NCBI GenBank assembly: GCA_045652245.1
Contig: JAZRTY010000013.1
Span: 1,533 to 65,532 of the forward strand
Length of the DNA: 64,000 nucleotides
DNA from: Eubacteriales bacterium
GTDB lineage: Bacteria; Bacillota; Clostridia; Oscillospirales; CAG-382
Direction of reading: 5' to 3'
Of this stretch, positions 45,757 to 54,136 are shown piece by piece. The notes under the pieces are model-generated. The model saw only the letters and a list, made by a program, of their open reading frames with translations. It had not been told where the DNA came from and ran no database searches. The position numbers and the translations under genes are program-made. Positions within the stretch are counted from its first letter, which is position 1. Every line of letters starts with the position of its first letter.

Positions 45757-48273
45757 ATGGCAAGATATAACAGCGAAAAATGCAAAAAAAGTCCCAGAAT
45801 TGACAGATTAAAGGAGAGGCTGTTTGCAGCAAAACCGGAAATTGAAGCAGACAGAGCAGTGCTTCTTACCGAAAGCTATATGCAGACAGAGAATGAGCCG
45901 ATTGTCACAAGACGTGCAAAGGCGTTCAAAAACATTCTTGAAAATATCCCGATAGTAATTCGCGAGGATGAACTCGTTGTCGGTTCTGCTACTACAAAAT
46001 CGAAGGGCTGTCAGGTTTTCCCGGAATTCTCTTATGCTTGGTTAGAATCCGAATTTGATACACTTGGAACCCGTAGTGCTGACCCGTACTATATTTCTGA
46101 AGAAACAAAAAAGACTCTCAGTACAGTATATAAATATTGGAAGGGAAAAACATCAAGTGAGCTTGCGGAGTCTCTTATGGTGCCGGAAGCAAGGCTTGCT
46201 ATTGAGCATAATGTATTTACTGTCGGAAACTACTTCTATAACGGTGTAGGTCACGTAACAGCAAATTACGGTAAGGTGCTTGAAATCGGTTATCTCGGAA
46301 TAATCGAGGAAGCAAAGGCCGAAAAGGCAAGGATGAATATTGGTGACGCAGATTATGTAACAAAGGGTACTACCCTTGATGCGATTATAATGAGCTGTGA
46401 AGCTGCAATTACATATGCGCAAAGATATAGCGAGCTTGCAAAGAAAATGGCAATGACTGAGATGAATGCCCAGAGAAAAGCAGAGCTTCTGCAGATTGCC
46501 GAGAACTGTGCAAGAGTTCCTGCTCACGGAGCTACAAGCTTCTATGAGGCTTGCCAGAGCTTCTGGTTTGTACAGCTTCTTATTCAGACAGAATCAAGCG
46601 GACATTCTGTATCTCCCGGAAGATTTGATATGTATATGTATCCTTATTATAAGAAGGATATTGACGCAGGCAAGATTACAAGAGACTTTGCTCAGGAGCT
46701 TATAGACTGTATCTGGATAAAGTTCAATGACTTTACAAAGTGCCGTGACGCAGCTTCTGCCGAAGGCTTTGCAGGCTACTCGCTTTTCCAGAACCTTATT
46801 GCAGGTGGTCAGGATAAGAATGGCGAGGATGCAACCAATGACCTTTCCTTTATGTGTATTGATGCTACAATGCACGTGTTACTACCCGGACCGTCCTTCT
46901 CTGTAAGAATCTGGAATAAGACTCCTCACGAATTTTTAATTCGTGCAGCAGAGCTTACAAGAACCGGTGTAGGTCTTCCTGCTTACTATAATGACGAAGT
47001 AATCATTCCGTCGCTTATGTCAAGAGGAGTTGCTCTTGAGGATGCGAGAAACTACAATATCATTGGTTGTGTTGAACCTCAGGTATCAGGTAAAACATGG
47101 GGCTGGCACGATGCTGCGTTCTTTAATATGCTGAAGCCTATGGAAATGGTATTCAACAGCGGCAAGCTCGACGGTGTGCAGGTAGGACCTGTAACTCCCG
47201 ATATTGCTGACATACATAGCTATGATGAATTCTTTGATGCTTACAAGACACAGATAGAATACTGTATCTCGCTTCTTGTAAATGCAGATAACGCGATTGA
47301 TATAGCACACGCTGAAAGATGTCCTCTTCCGTACCTTGCATCTATGATTGAAGACTGTATAGGTACAGGTAAGACTCCCGAGCAGGGTGGAGCTGTTTAT
47401 AACTTCTCAGGTCCTCAGGGATTTGGTATTGCAAACGTTGCCGATGCCCTTTATGCAATTAAAAAGCTGTGCTTTGAAAGTAAGAAGCTTACTCTTGCTG
47501 AGCTTCGTGATGCGATGAATGCAGACTTCGGAAAGGGAACAGACAGTGCCGCAACACTTGCTGAAAAAATAGCACTTGAGCTTTCGAAGACAGGTGTTAA
47601 GGTAACTGAAAACCTTATTTCGGATATCTATAAGGAGCTTAAATCAAAGGACGGCGGAAGCGATACAAGATACGCTGAAATCCGCGAGATGATTCTTGAG
47701 CAGGCAAAGTTCGGTAACGATATTGACGATGTTGATAATATAGCAAGAGAAGCAGCGTACACATATACAAAGCCTCTTCTTAAGTATAAAAATCCAAGAG
47801 GTGGTATGTTCCACGCAGGACTTTATCCGGTATCAGCAAATGTACCGCTCGGAGCACAGACTCCTGCATCTCCTGACGGAAGATACGCATTCACACCTAT
47901 TGCCGATGGTGTTTCGCCTACTGCAGGTAGAGATGTAAACGGACCTACTGCGAGTGCGAACTCTGTTTCAAAGCTTGACCACGGAATAGCATCTAACGGA
48001 ACACTCTTCAATATGAAGTTCCATCCGTCAGCTTTGGCAGGTGATTCAGGGCTTGAAAGCTTTGCAGCTCTTGTACGTACATATTTTGATATGAAGGGTA
48101 GCCATATGCAGTTTAACGTAGTAAGCCGTGAAACTTTGCGTGATGCCCAGAAGAATCCTGATAAATACAGAAGCCTTGTTGTTCGAGTTGCCGGTTACAG
48201 CGCACTCTTTACAACACTTTCAAAATCACTTCAGGACGACATTATAAACAGAACAGAGCAAGCATCGTTTTAA
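45757..48273 (+). CDS. glycyl radical enzyme, PFL2/diol-dehydratase (1,2-eliminase) type
   Basis: 838 aa. Cys loop IIGCVEP (Cys438, Glu440 by my count) and the glycyl radical motif RVAGYSA (Gly813). BMC context. Confidence 0.9.
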   Translation: MARYNSEKCKKSPRIDRLKERLFAAKPEIEADRAVLLTESYMQTENEPIVTRRAKAFKNILENIPIVIREDELVVGSATTKSKGCQVFPEFSYAWLESEFDTLGTRSADPYYISEETKKTLSTVYKYWKGKTSSELAESLMVPEARLAIEHNVFTVGNYFYNGVGHVTANYGKVLEIGYLGIIEEAKAEKARMNIGDADYVTKGTTLDAIIMSCEAAITYAQRYSELAKKMAMTEMNAQRKAELLQIAENCARVPAHGATSFYEACQSFWFVQLLIQTESSGHSVSPGRFDMYMYPYYKKDIDAGKITRDFAQELIDCIWIKFNDFTKCRDAASAEGFAGYSLFQNLIAGGQDKNGEDATNDLSFMCIDATMHVLLPGPSFSVRIWNKTPHEFLIRAAELTRTGVGLPAYYNDEVIIPSLMSRGVALEDARNYNIIGCVEPQVSGKTWGWHDAAFFNMLKPMEMVFNSGKLDGVQVGPVTPDIADIHSYDEFFDAYKTQIEYCISLLVNADNAIDIAHAERCPLPYLASMIEDCIGTGKTPEQGGAVYNFSGPQGFGIANVADALYAIKKLCFESKKLTLAELRDAMNADFGKGTDSAATLAEKIALELSKTGVKVTENLISDIYKELKSKDGGSDTRYAEIREMILEQAKFGNDIDDVDNIAREAAYTYTKPLLKYKNPRGGMFHAGLYPVSANVPLGAQTPASPDGRYAFTPIADGVSPTAGRDVNGPTASANSVSKLDHGIASNGTLFNMKFHPSALAGDSGLESFAALVRTYFDMKGSHMQFNVVSRETLRDAQKNPDKYRSLVVRVAGYSALFTTLSKSLQDDIINRTEQASF

Positions 48274-48305
48274 TCCTTAAAACTTGCAAAAACGGGAGAA
48301 ATTAA

Positions 48306-49097
48306 ATGGTATTAGATAATAATTCTGTTGTCGGAAGAATATTCGACATACAGAAGTTCTCAACCCACGACGGTCCCGGTATTCGTACAATCGTATTTCT
48401 CAAGGGCTGTATTCTGCGTTGCCGTTGGTGCTGTAACCCGGAATCTCAGAGTCACAGAATCGAGAGAATGTTTTTGGGCGGAAAGCTCAAGATTGTCGGA
48501 CGTGATACGACTGTCGGCGAGGTTATGAAGGAAATCGAAAAGGATTTGCCGTATTATCACAGAAGTGGTGGCGGACTTACCTTGTCGGGTGGCGAGGCGC
48601 TGTGTCAGGACGAGTTTGTTCATGCACTGCTGCTGGAAGCAAAGAAACATGGCATAAATACTGCAGTTGAAACTACTGCGTGTCTGCCCTGGTATATGAT
48701 AGAGAAGAACATAGAGTTGCTTGATACTATCTTGATGGATATTAAGCATACAAATTCTGAAAAACACGAGAAATTCTGTGGACTCAGAAACGAGCTTATT
48801 CTTGACAATGCGAAAAAAATCGCTGCTATGGGAAAAAATTTCATTATAAGAGTTCCGGTAATTCCCACATTCAACGATACAGTTGAGGAAATTCGTGATA
48901 TTGCAAGATTTGCAAAATCACTTCCCGGAGTTGAGGAAATTCATCTTCTTCCTTATCACAGACTTGGATATGACAAATATGTTGGTCTTTCGAGAAAATA
49001 CCTTATGGGTGACCTTAAAACTCCGGACAGCGCAAAAATGAAGGAGCTTTCTGCAGCGGCAGAGGGTGAGGGTCTTAAGGTAATAATCGGAGGATAA
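48306..49097 (+). CDS. glycyl-radical enzyme activating protein (radical SAM), short form
   Basis: 263 aa with CILRCRWCCNPES (CxxxCxxC). There are no further Cys clusters between the SAM motif and GGGLTLSGGE. Confidence 0.9.
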   Translation: MVLDNNSVVGRIFDIQKFSTHDGPGIRTIVFLKGCILRCRWCCNPESQSHRIERMFLGGKLKIVGRDTTVGEVMKEIEKDLPYYHRSGGGLTLSGGEALCQDEFVHALLLEAKKHGINTAVETTACLPWYMIEKNIELLDTILMDIKHTNSEKHEKFCGLRNELILDNAKKIAAMGKNFIIRVPVIPTFNDTVEEIRDIARFAKSLPGVEEIHLLPYHRLGYDKYVGLSRKYLMGDLKTPDSAKMKELSAAAEGEGLKVIIGG

Positions 49098-49115
49098 AAT
49101 TTCAGAGGTGAAATA

Positions 49116-49481
49116 ATGGAAATATTTGAACATAAGCAAAGAATTATTCAGGAATCGGTTCCCGGTAAGCAGATTACCCTTGCACATATTATCGCAAATC
49201 CTGATAATACTCTGTATCGCAAGCTTGGTCTTGACCCGACGGTCGATTATTCAAGCAAAAGTGCAATTGGTATTGTCACAATGTGTCCGAGCGAATACGC
49301 AATTATTGCAGCAGACATTTCATTGAAGTCTGCAGGCGCGCAGGTAGGTTTTGTAGACAGATTTTCGGGAACACTCATAGTTGTGGGAAGCGTTTCGGAA
49401 GTAGACTCGGCACTTATAGCAGTGTGTGACTATGCTAAAGAAAAGCTTGGTTTCAATGTTTGTGAAATAACTAAAACCTAA
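49116..49481 (+). CDS. pduU: circularly permuted BMC shell protein (PduU/EutS type)
   Basis: 121 aa, with the N-terminal extension and permuted BMC fold signature (ITLAHIIANPD...VGFVDRFSGTLIVVGSVSEV). Confidence 0.85.
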   Translation: MEIFEHKQRIIQESVPGKQITLAHIIANPDNTLYRKLGLDPTVDYSSKSAIGIVTMCPSEYAIIAADISLKSAGAQVGFVDRFSGTLIVVGSVSEVDSALIAVCDYAKEKLGFNVCEITKT

Positions 49482-49486
49482 ACATT

Positions 49487-49912
49487 ATGAAAAAGATAAT
49501 TTTTATGGGCAAAAGCGGAGCAGGTAAGACGAGTATAATCGAGGCTCTGCGAGGACAGAAAATTACATACCACAAAACGCAATACATATATTATGATGAG
49601 GATTTCATAGATACTCCCGGAGAGTATACCCAGGGACGTGAGCTTGGTGCTGCGCTTGCGGTGTATTCCTACGAGGCAGATGTTGTGGGACTTGTTATAT
49701 GTGCAGAGGATGATTATTGCATTTTCCCTCCTGCATGTGCTCCGGTTGCCAACAGACCTGTTGTCGGAATTGTAACTCAATGCGACGGAAAAACTCAAGA
49801 TCAGCTCGATATTTCAAAACACAGACTTCTGCTTTGTGGCTGCGAAAGAGTGTTTTTTACAAGTGCAAAAACAGGACTCGGAGTACAAGAGTTGCTTGAT
49901 TATTTAAAATAA
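49487..49912 (+). CDS. pduV: EutP/PduV family small GTPase
   Basis: 141 aa with P-loop GKSGAGKTS and DTPGE. Confidence 0.85.
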   Translation: MKKIIFMGKSGAGKTSIIEALRGQKITYHKTQYIYYDEDFIDTPGEYTQGRELGAALAVYSYEADVVGLVICAEDDYCIFPPACAPVANRPVVGIVTQCDGKTQDQLDISKHRLLLCGCERVFFTSAKTGLGVQELLDYLK

Positions 49913-49964
49913 AGTTGTTCTTATTGTATTTTGTTCATTTTTAGTTAATAAATGTGGATTTTAA

Positions 49965-50046
49965 GAACAAAACCACACAAAACAACACAAAAAACAACAA
50001 AAAACCAATAAAAACTATTGACAAAACAAAGACAATGTGGTATTAT
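49965..50046 (+). promoter_or_regulatory. BMC promoter P2 with second copy of the CA-rich element
   Basis: AAAACCACAC-AAAACAACAC-AAAAAACAACA... (49969-50016), then CTATTGACAAA (-35 at 50018-50023), 17 nt, TGgTATTAT (extended -10, 50041-50046). Confidence 0.6.
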
Positions 50047-50117
50047 ATAATTAAGATAGAATATTTTAATTATAATATTCTGCAAAATAAAAAAATAATT
50101 GAAGGAGATAAAAAACT

Positions 50118-50921
50118 ATGTCAGAGTACGAAATCAAAAAACAAATTTGCGACATCGGAAAAAGAATCTATGACAAAGGAATGGTTGCATCTAACGACGG
50201 CAATATTTCTGTAAAGCTCAACGACAACGAATTTCTTTGTACACCTACCGGTGTTTCAAAGGGCTTTATGACACCCGAATACATCTGTAAGGTTGACGCA
50301 GAAGGAAAGGTTATCCAGGCTTATGAAGGCTTCAAGCCCTCTTCTGAAATCAAGATGCACATGAGAGTATATAAGGAAAGACCTGATGTAAAGAGCGTAG
50401 TTCACGCACATCCTCTTTATGCTACAAGCTTTGCAATTGCAGGTATTCCGCTTACAGAGCCGATTATGCCTGAAGCAGTTATCGCTCTTGGTTGTGTTCC
50501 GATTGCTGAATACGGCACACCTTCAACAGAGGAAATTCCGGATGCAGTTTCAAAGTACCTTCAGTACTATGATGCAGTACTTCTTGCAAACCACGGCGCA
50601 CTTGCATTCTCAGATTCTCTTCTTGCAGCATATCACAAGATGGAATCTCTTGAATTCTATGCTCAGCTTCTCTACCAGGCAAAGGTTCTTGGTGGACCCA
50701 AGCAGCTTTCAGATTCACAGGTTCAGAGACTCTACGAAATCAGACGTCAGTTTGGTCTTAAGGGTAAACATCCTGCTGACCTTTGTCCTAATGCTAAGGC
50801 AGGCAAGCCCAGCTGTCACCACTGTCCTAACGGTTCATGCAACGGTTCTTGCTCACACGGCGAGGAAGGCGAAGTTATTGCTGAAATTACAAAAAAAGTG
50901 CTTGCAGCACTCGGTAAGTAA
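50118..50921 (+). CDS. class II aldolase (fuculose/rhamnulose-1-phosphate aldolase-like) with C-terminal extension
   Basis: Zn ligands HAH and NHG, and catalytic SSEIKMH. A ~50-aa tail has a Cys/His-rich linker and the terminal amphipathic helix EVIAEITKKVLAALGK. Confidence 0.85.
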   Translation: MSEYEIKKQICDIGKRIYDKGMVASNDGNISVKLNDNEFLCTPTGVSKGFMTPEYICKVDAEGKVIQAYEGFKPSSEIKMHMRVYKERPDVKSVVHAHPLYATSFAIAGIPLTEPIMPEAVIALGCVPIAEYGTPSTEEIPDAVSKYLQYYDAVLLANHGALAFSDSLLAAYHKMESLEFYAQLLYQAKVLGGPKQLSDSQVQRLYEIRRQFGLKGKHPADLCPNAKAGKPSCHHCPNGSCNGSCSHGEEGEVIAEITKKVLAALGK

Positions 50922-50943
50922 TTAAGGCATATCGGTACATATT

Positions 50944-51456
50944 ATGGGTACAGATATTGAAAAGCTGATTGCGCAGGCGATAAAAAATATTTCCGAAAAC
51001 GAAAATTCTGCAAAAATCACCGAAGCTCAAAAAACAAAGATTGACTATATTTCTCTTGAAAACGCAAAGGTACTTTGCGAATATGTGGAGCAAAAGGCGC
51101 GTGAAATGGGAGTCAATGCAGTTGTAGCGGTCGCTGATAACGGCGGAAACCTTAAAATTTGCGAATGCATGGATGACTCATATATCGCAAGCAGGGATAT
51201 TGCTATAAACAAAGCGTTTACTTCGGTGTCACTCAAGATGTCGACTAAAAAGCTGTCGGTGCTTGCAAAACCAGACGGTCCACTTTACGGAATACAGCAT
51301 ACCAATGGTGGTAAGATTGTAATTTTCGGTGGCGGTGATACTCTGGTGTGCTCCGGAAAGATTCTCGGAGGACTTGGCGTCAGTGGTGGAAGCGAGGAGC
51401 AGGACACAGAGCTTTGCGCAGTTGGAAAAAGATTTTTTGAAGAAAAATTTAATTAA
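50944..51456 (+). CDS. GlcG/DUF336 (PduO C-terminal-like, heme-binding-type) protein with N-terminal helix
   Basis: 170 aa. DUF336 core (VAVADNGGN...GGLGVSGG) preceded by DIEKLIAQAIKNI and a linker. Confidence 0.75.
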   Translation: MGTDIEKLIAQAIKNISENENSAKITEAQKTKIDYISLENAKVLCEYVEQKAREMGVNAVVAVADNGGNLKICECMDDSYIASRDIAINKAFTSVSLKMSTKKLSVLAKPDGPLYGIQHTNGGKIVIFGGGDTLVCSGKILGGLGVSGGSEEQDTELCAVGKRFFEEKFN

Positions 51457-51492
51457 AATATTACGGTATTTTCCGAAGAAAGGAAGATGATT

Positions 51493-52683
51493 ATGACAGA
51501 TCAGGAAAAAATTGAAGCCATAGTCAAGCAGGTAATTTCCGGTATGAAGAATTCAAATGCTTCTTCCGGTGGTGCTGCTTCAGTTCCGAAAACATGTCGC
51601 GTTGCATACCTTACAGATAAGGAAAAATTCGAGATTCGTGAATGTCCCATTCCCGAGCTCGGTGATGATGACGTGCTTGTAAAGGTTGAGGGCTGTGGTG
51701 TGTGTGGTACAGACGCACACGAATATAAGCGTGACCCCTTTGGTCTTATCCCTGTTGTTCTCGGACACGAGGGAACTGGTGAGATTGTAAAGATGGGTAA
51801 AAACGTAAAGAAGGACAGTGCAGGAAAGCCTCTTGCAATCGGTGATAAGATTGTAACCTGTATGATCTTCAACGATAACCCCGATATTACAATGTTCGAC
51901 CTTAATAAGCAGAATGTTGGTGGTGGTGGAGTTTACGGACTTCTTCCGGACGACGATATTCGCCTTAACGGCTGGTTTGCAGATTACATACTTGTAAGAG
52001 GCGGTTCTACAATATTTAATGTAAGTAACCTTGACCTTGATTCAAGAATTCTTATCGAGCCGGCAGCAGTTCTTATTCACGCAGTTGAAAGAGCAAAGAC
52101 AACAGATATTTTAAGATTCAATTCAAGAGTTGCAGTTCAGGGCTGTGGTCCTATCGGACTTCTCTGCATTGCAGTTCTTCGTACAATGGGTATTGAAAAT
52201 ATCGTTGCAGTTGACGGAAATGAACAGAGACTTGAATTTGCAAAGGAAATGGGTGCTACTGCAACAGTAAACTTCAAGAATTACAAAGGTTCTGAAGAAC
52301 TTGCCGGTGGTGTTAAGGATGCATTCGGTGGTTATCTTGCAGACTTTGCGTTCCAGTGTACAGGTTCACCTGTAGCACACGCAAATATCTACAAGTTCAT
52401 CAGAAGTGGCGGCGGACTTTGTGAGCTCGGCTTCTTTATCAACGGAGGAGATGCAACAATCAATCCTCACTTTGATATCTGTTCAAAGGAAATCACAACA
52501 GTAGGCTCATGGGTTTACACACTTCGTGATTACGCAACAACCTTTGATTTCCTCAAGCGTGCAAAGGGAATCGGACTCCCGCTTGAAAAGCTTATTACTC
52601 ATAAATTCAAGCTTGAAGATATTGACGAAGCATTCCAGACAAACCTTCGTCAGGACGGACTTAAGATTGCTGTTGTTTGGTAA
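51493..52683 (+). CDS. zinc-type (MDR) alcohol dehydrogenase with N-terminal encapsulation-peptide-like helix
   Basis: CGVCGTD, GHEGTGEIV, and Rossmann GCGPIG. No structural-Zn Cys lobe. The N-terminus EKIEAIVKQVISGM is followed by a Ser/Gly/Ala linker. The start is 51493 or 51487. Confidence 0.85.
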   Translation: MTDQEKIEAIVKQVISGMKNSNASSGGAASVPKTCRVAYLTDKEKFEIRECPIPELGDDDVLVKVEGCGVCGTDAHEYKRDPFGLIPVVLGHEGTGEIVKMGKNVKKDSAGKPLAIGDKIVTCMIFNDNPDITMFDLNKQNVGGGGVYGLLPDDDIRLNGWFADYILVRGGSTIFNVSNLDLDSRILIEPAAVLIHAVERAKTTDILRFNSRVAVQGCGPIGLLCIAVLRTMGIENIVAVDGNEQRLEFAKEMGATATVNFKNYKGSEELAGGVKDAFGGYLADFAFQCTGSPVAHANIYKFIRSGGGLCELGFFINGGDATINPHFDICSKEITTVGSWVYTLRDYATTFDFLKRAKGIGLPLEKLITHKFKLEDIDEAFQTNLRQDGLKIAVVW

Positions 52684-52697
52684 TCCGGAGGAGCAAA

Positions 52698-53012
52698 ATG
52701 AGAGATGCAGTTGGAATGATTGAAGTATACGGACTTGTTGCAGCATTCGCAGCTTGTGACGCAGGTTGTAAAGCAGCAAACGTAACCGTAGAAACATTCG
52801 ATAAAAATAAGCCTGCAAATCCCGACGGACTTCCGGTACCGCTTCAGGTGCTTGTAAAGTTCAGGGGAACCGTTCAGGATGTCACATCAGCAGTTGATGC
52901 AGCAGAAATTGCTGCAAACGAAATTTCAGGCGTTGTAACAAAGCACATTATCTCAGGTATGGATGAGGGAGCTCAGAAGATGCTCAAGCTCAATGCCTTT
53001 GATAAAAACTAA
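52698..53012 (+). CDS. BMC-H shell protein, divergent, with enlarged pore loop
   Basis: 104 aa with the BMC fold (AVGMIEVYGLVAA...). The canonical GxEKIGSG loop is replaced by ETFDKNKPANPDGLPVPLQ. Start at 52698 after GGAGGAG. Confidence 0.8.
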   Translation: MRDAVGMIEVYGLVAAFAACDAGCKAANVTVETFDKNKPANPDGLPVPLQVLVKFRGTVQDVTSAVDAAEIAANEISGVVTKHIISGMDEGAQKMLKLNAFDKN

Positions 53013-53051
53013 AATTTATAAACTATATTTTATTTATGGAGGATTACAAAA

Positions 53052-53327
53052 ATGTCACAGGAAGCACTTGGAATGATTGAAACAAGAGGTCTTACAGCAG
53101 CAATTGAAGCAGCAGATGCAATGGTAAAGGCAGCAGAGGTTACTCTTATAGGAACAGAAAAAATCGGTTCAGGTCTCGTATCTGTAATGGTAAGAGGCGA
53201 TGTTGGAGCTGTTAAGGCAGCAGTAGAAGCAGGCGCAGTTACAGCAACAAGACTTGGTGAGGTTATCGCAACACACGTAATTCCGAGACCTCATAACGAT
53301 GTAGAAAAGATTCTTCCCAAGCTTTAA
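53052..53327 (+). CDS. pduA: BMC-H shell protein, PduA/PduJ type
   Basis: 91 aa: [10 protein letters not shown]...[23 protein letters not shown]...HVIPRPH. Confidence 0.92.
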   Translation: MSQEALGMIETRGLTAAIEAADAMVKAAEVTLIGTEKIGSGLVSVMVRGDVGAVKAAVEAGAVTATRLGEVIATHVIPRPHNDVEKILPKL

Positions 53328-53382
53328 TTTTAGGAAATACTTAATTCGTAAGGCACACGCTTTGCGTTAGATTGGAGCAAAT

Positions 53383-53667
53383 ATGAAATCACTCGGCTTT
53401 ATCGAGGTGTCCGGCGTTGTAGCTGCGACATGTGCTCTTGATGTTATGTGCAAGAGTGCTGACATTGAATTTGTTACCTGGGAGAGAAAGCTTGGAGGCA
53501 GGATGGTCACTATAATAGTGACAGGAAGCGTTTCTGATGTAACAGAGGCAATTGAATGTGCAAAGAAGACAGCACCATTCGATATTACAGCCTCAAATGT
53601 TATAGCAAACCCTCACGAGGAAACAATAAGAATGGTCGAGCTTTCTGCGTCGAGACTAAAAAAATAA
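53383..53667 (+). CDS. BMC-H shell protein, divergent
   Basis: 94 aa with the BMC fold (SLGFIEVSGVVAA...); the pore loop is ERKLGGRM. Confidence 0.8.
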   Translation: MKSLGFIEVSGVVAATCALDVMCKSADIEFVTWERKLGGRMVTIIVTGSVSDVTEAIECAKKTAPFDITASNVIANPHEETIRMVELSASRLKK

Positions 53668-53710
53668 GCAAAATGCAAATCCTTTTAAAAACTAAAGGAG
53701 AATGAAAGTT

Positions 53711-54100
53711 ATGGCAACTACTAAAAAAGTGTCAAAAACCACAGCACCCGAAACCGAAGTAAAGGTTGAAGAAGCAGTGGAAAATAATATTAAAACAAAT
53801 ATTGTAAAGGAGAAAGTAAAAATGGTACAGCAAGCACTTGGTATGATTGAAACACGTGGTCTTGTTGCTGCAATCGAAGCAGCAGATGCAATGCTCAAGG
53901 CAGCAAACGTAGAACTCGTAGGAACTGAAAAGATCGGTTCAGGACTCGTATCTGTAATGGTAAGAGGAGACGTTGGAGCTGTTAAGGCGGCTGTTGAAAC
54001 AGGCGCAACAGCAGCAGGTGCTCTTGGAGAACTTATCGCAACACACGTAATTCCAAGACCTCATGGCGACGTTGAAAAGATTCTTCCTGTTTTAAAGTAA
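53711..54100 (+). CDS. pduJ: BMC-H shell protein, PduA/PduJ type (possible 37-aa N-terminal extension; alternative start 53822)
   Basis: The core from 53822 is a close paralog of the 53052 gene. Both 53711 (AAGGAG 10 nt upstream) and 53822 (AAGGAGA 8 nt upstream) have good RBSs. Confidence 0.85.
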   Translation: MATTKKVSKTTAPETEVKVEEAVENNIKTNIVKEKVKMVQQALGMIETRGLVAAIEAADAMLKAANVELVGTEKIGSGLVSVMVRGDVGAVKAAVETGATAAGALGELIATHVIPRPHGDVEKILPVLK

Positions 54101-54136
54101 TATCTTAATTACAGAGTAAGAAAAAGCTGCATTTAT

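Noticed and set aside
49954-50214. 86-aa ORF covering the pduV-aldolase gap
   Set aside because: Its Asn/Lys/Thr-rich translation simply reflects the CA/A-rich promoter element. It also runs across the predicted -35/-10 and into the aldolase start.
50419-50925. 168-aa ORF in an alternative plus frame inside the aldolase gene
   Set aside because: It overlaps the well-supported aldolase frame (Zn ligands, catalytic Glu), has no RBS, and has Leu/Gln/Ser-rich composition typical of an off-frame read.
53702-53710. ORF-track start at 53702 for the fourth BMC-H
   Set aside because: The AAGGAG ends 1 nt before this ATG, which is too close. 53711 or 53822 are better-spaced starts.
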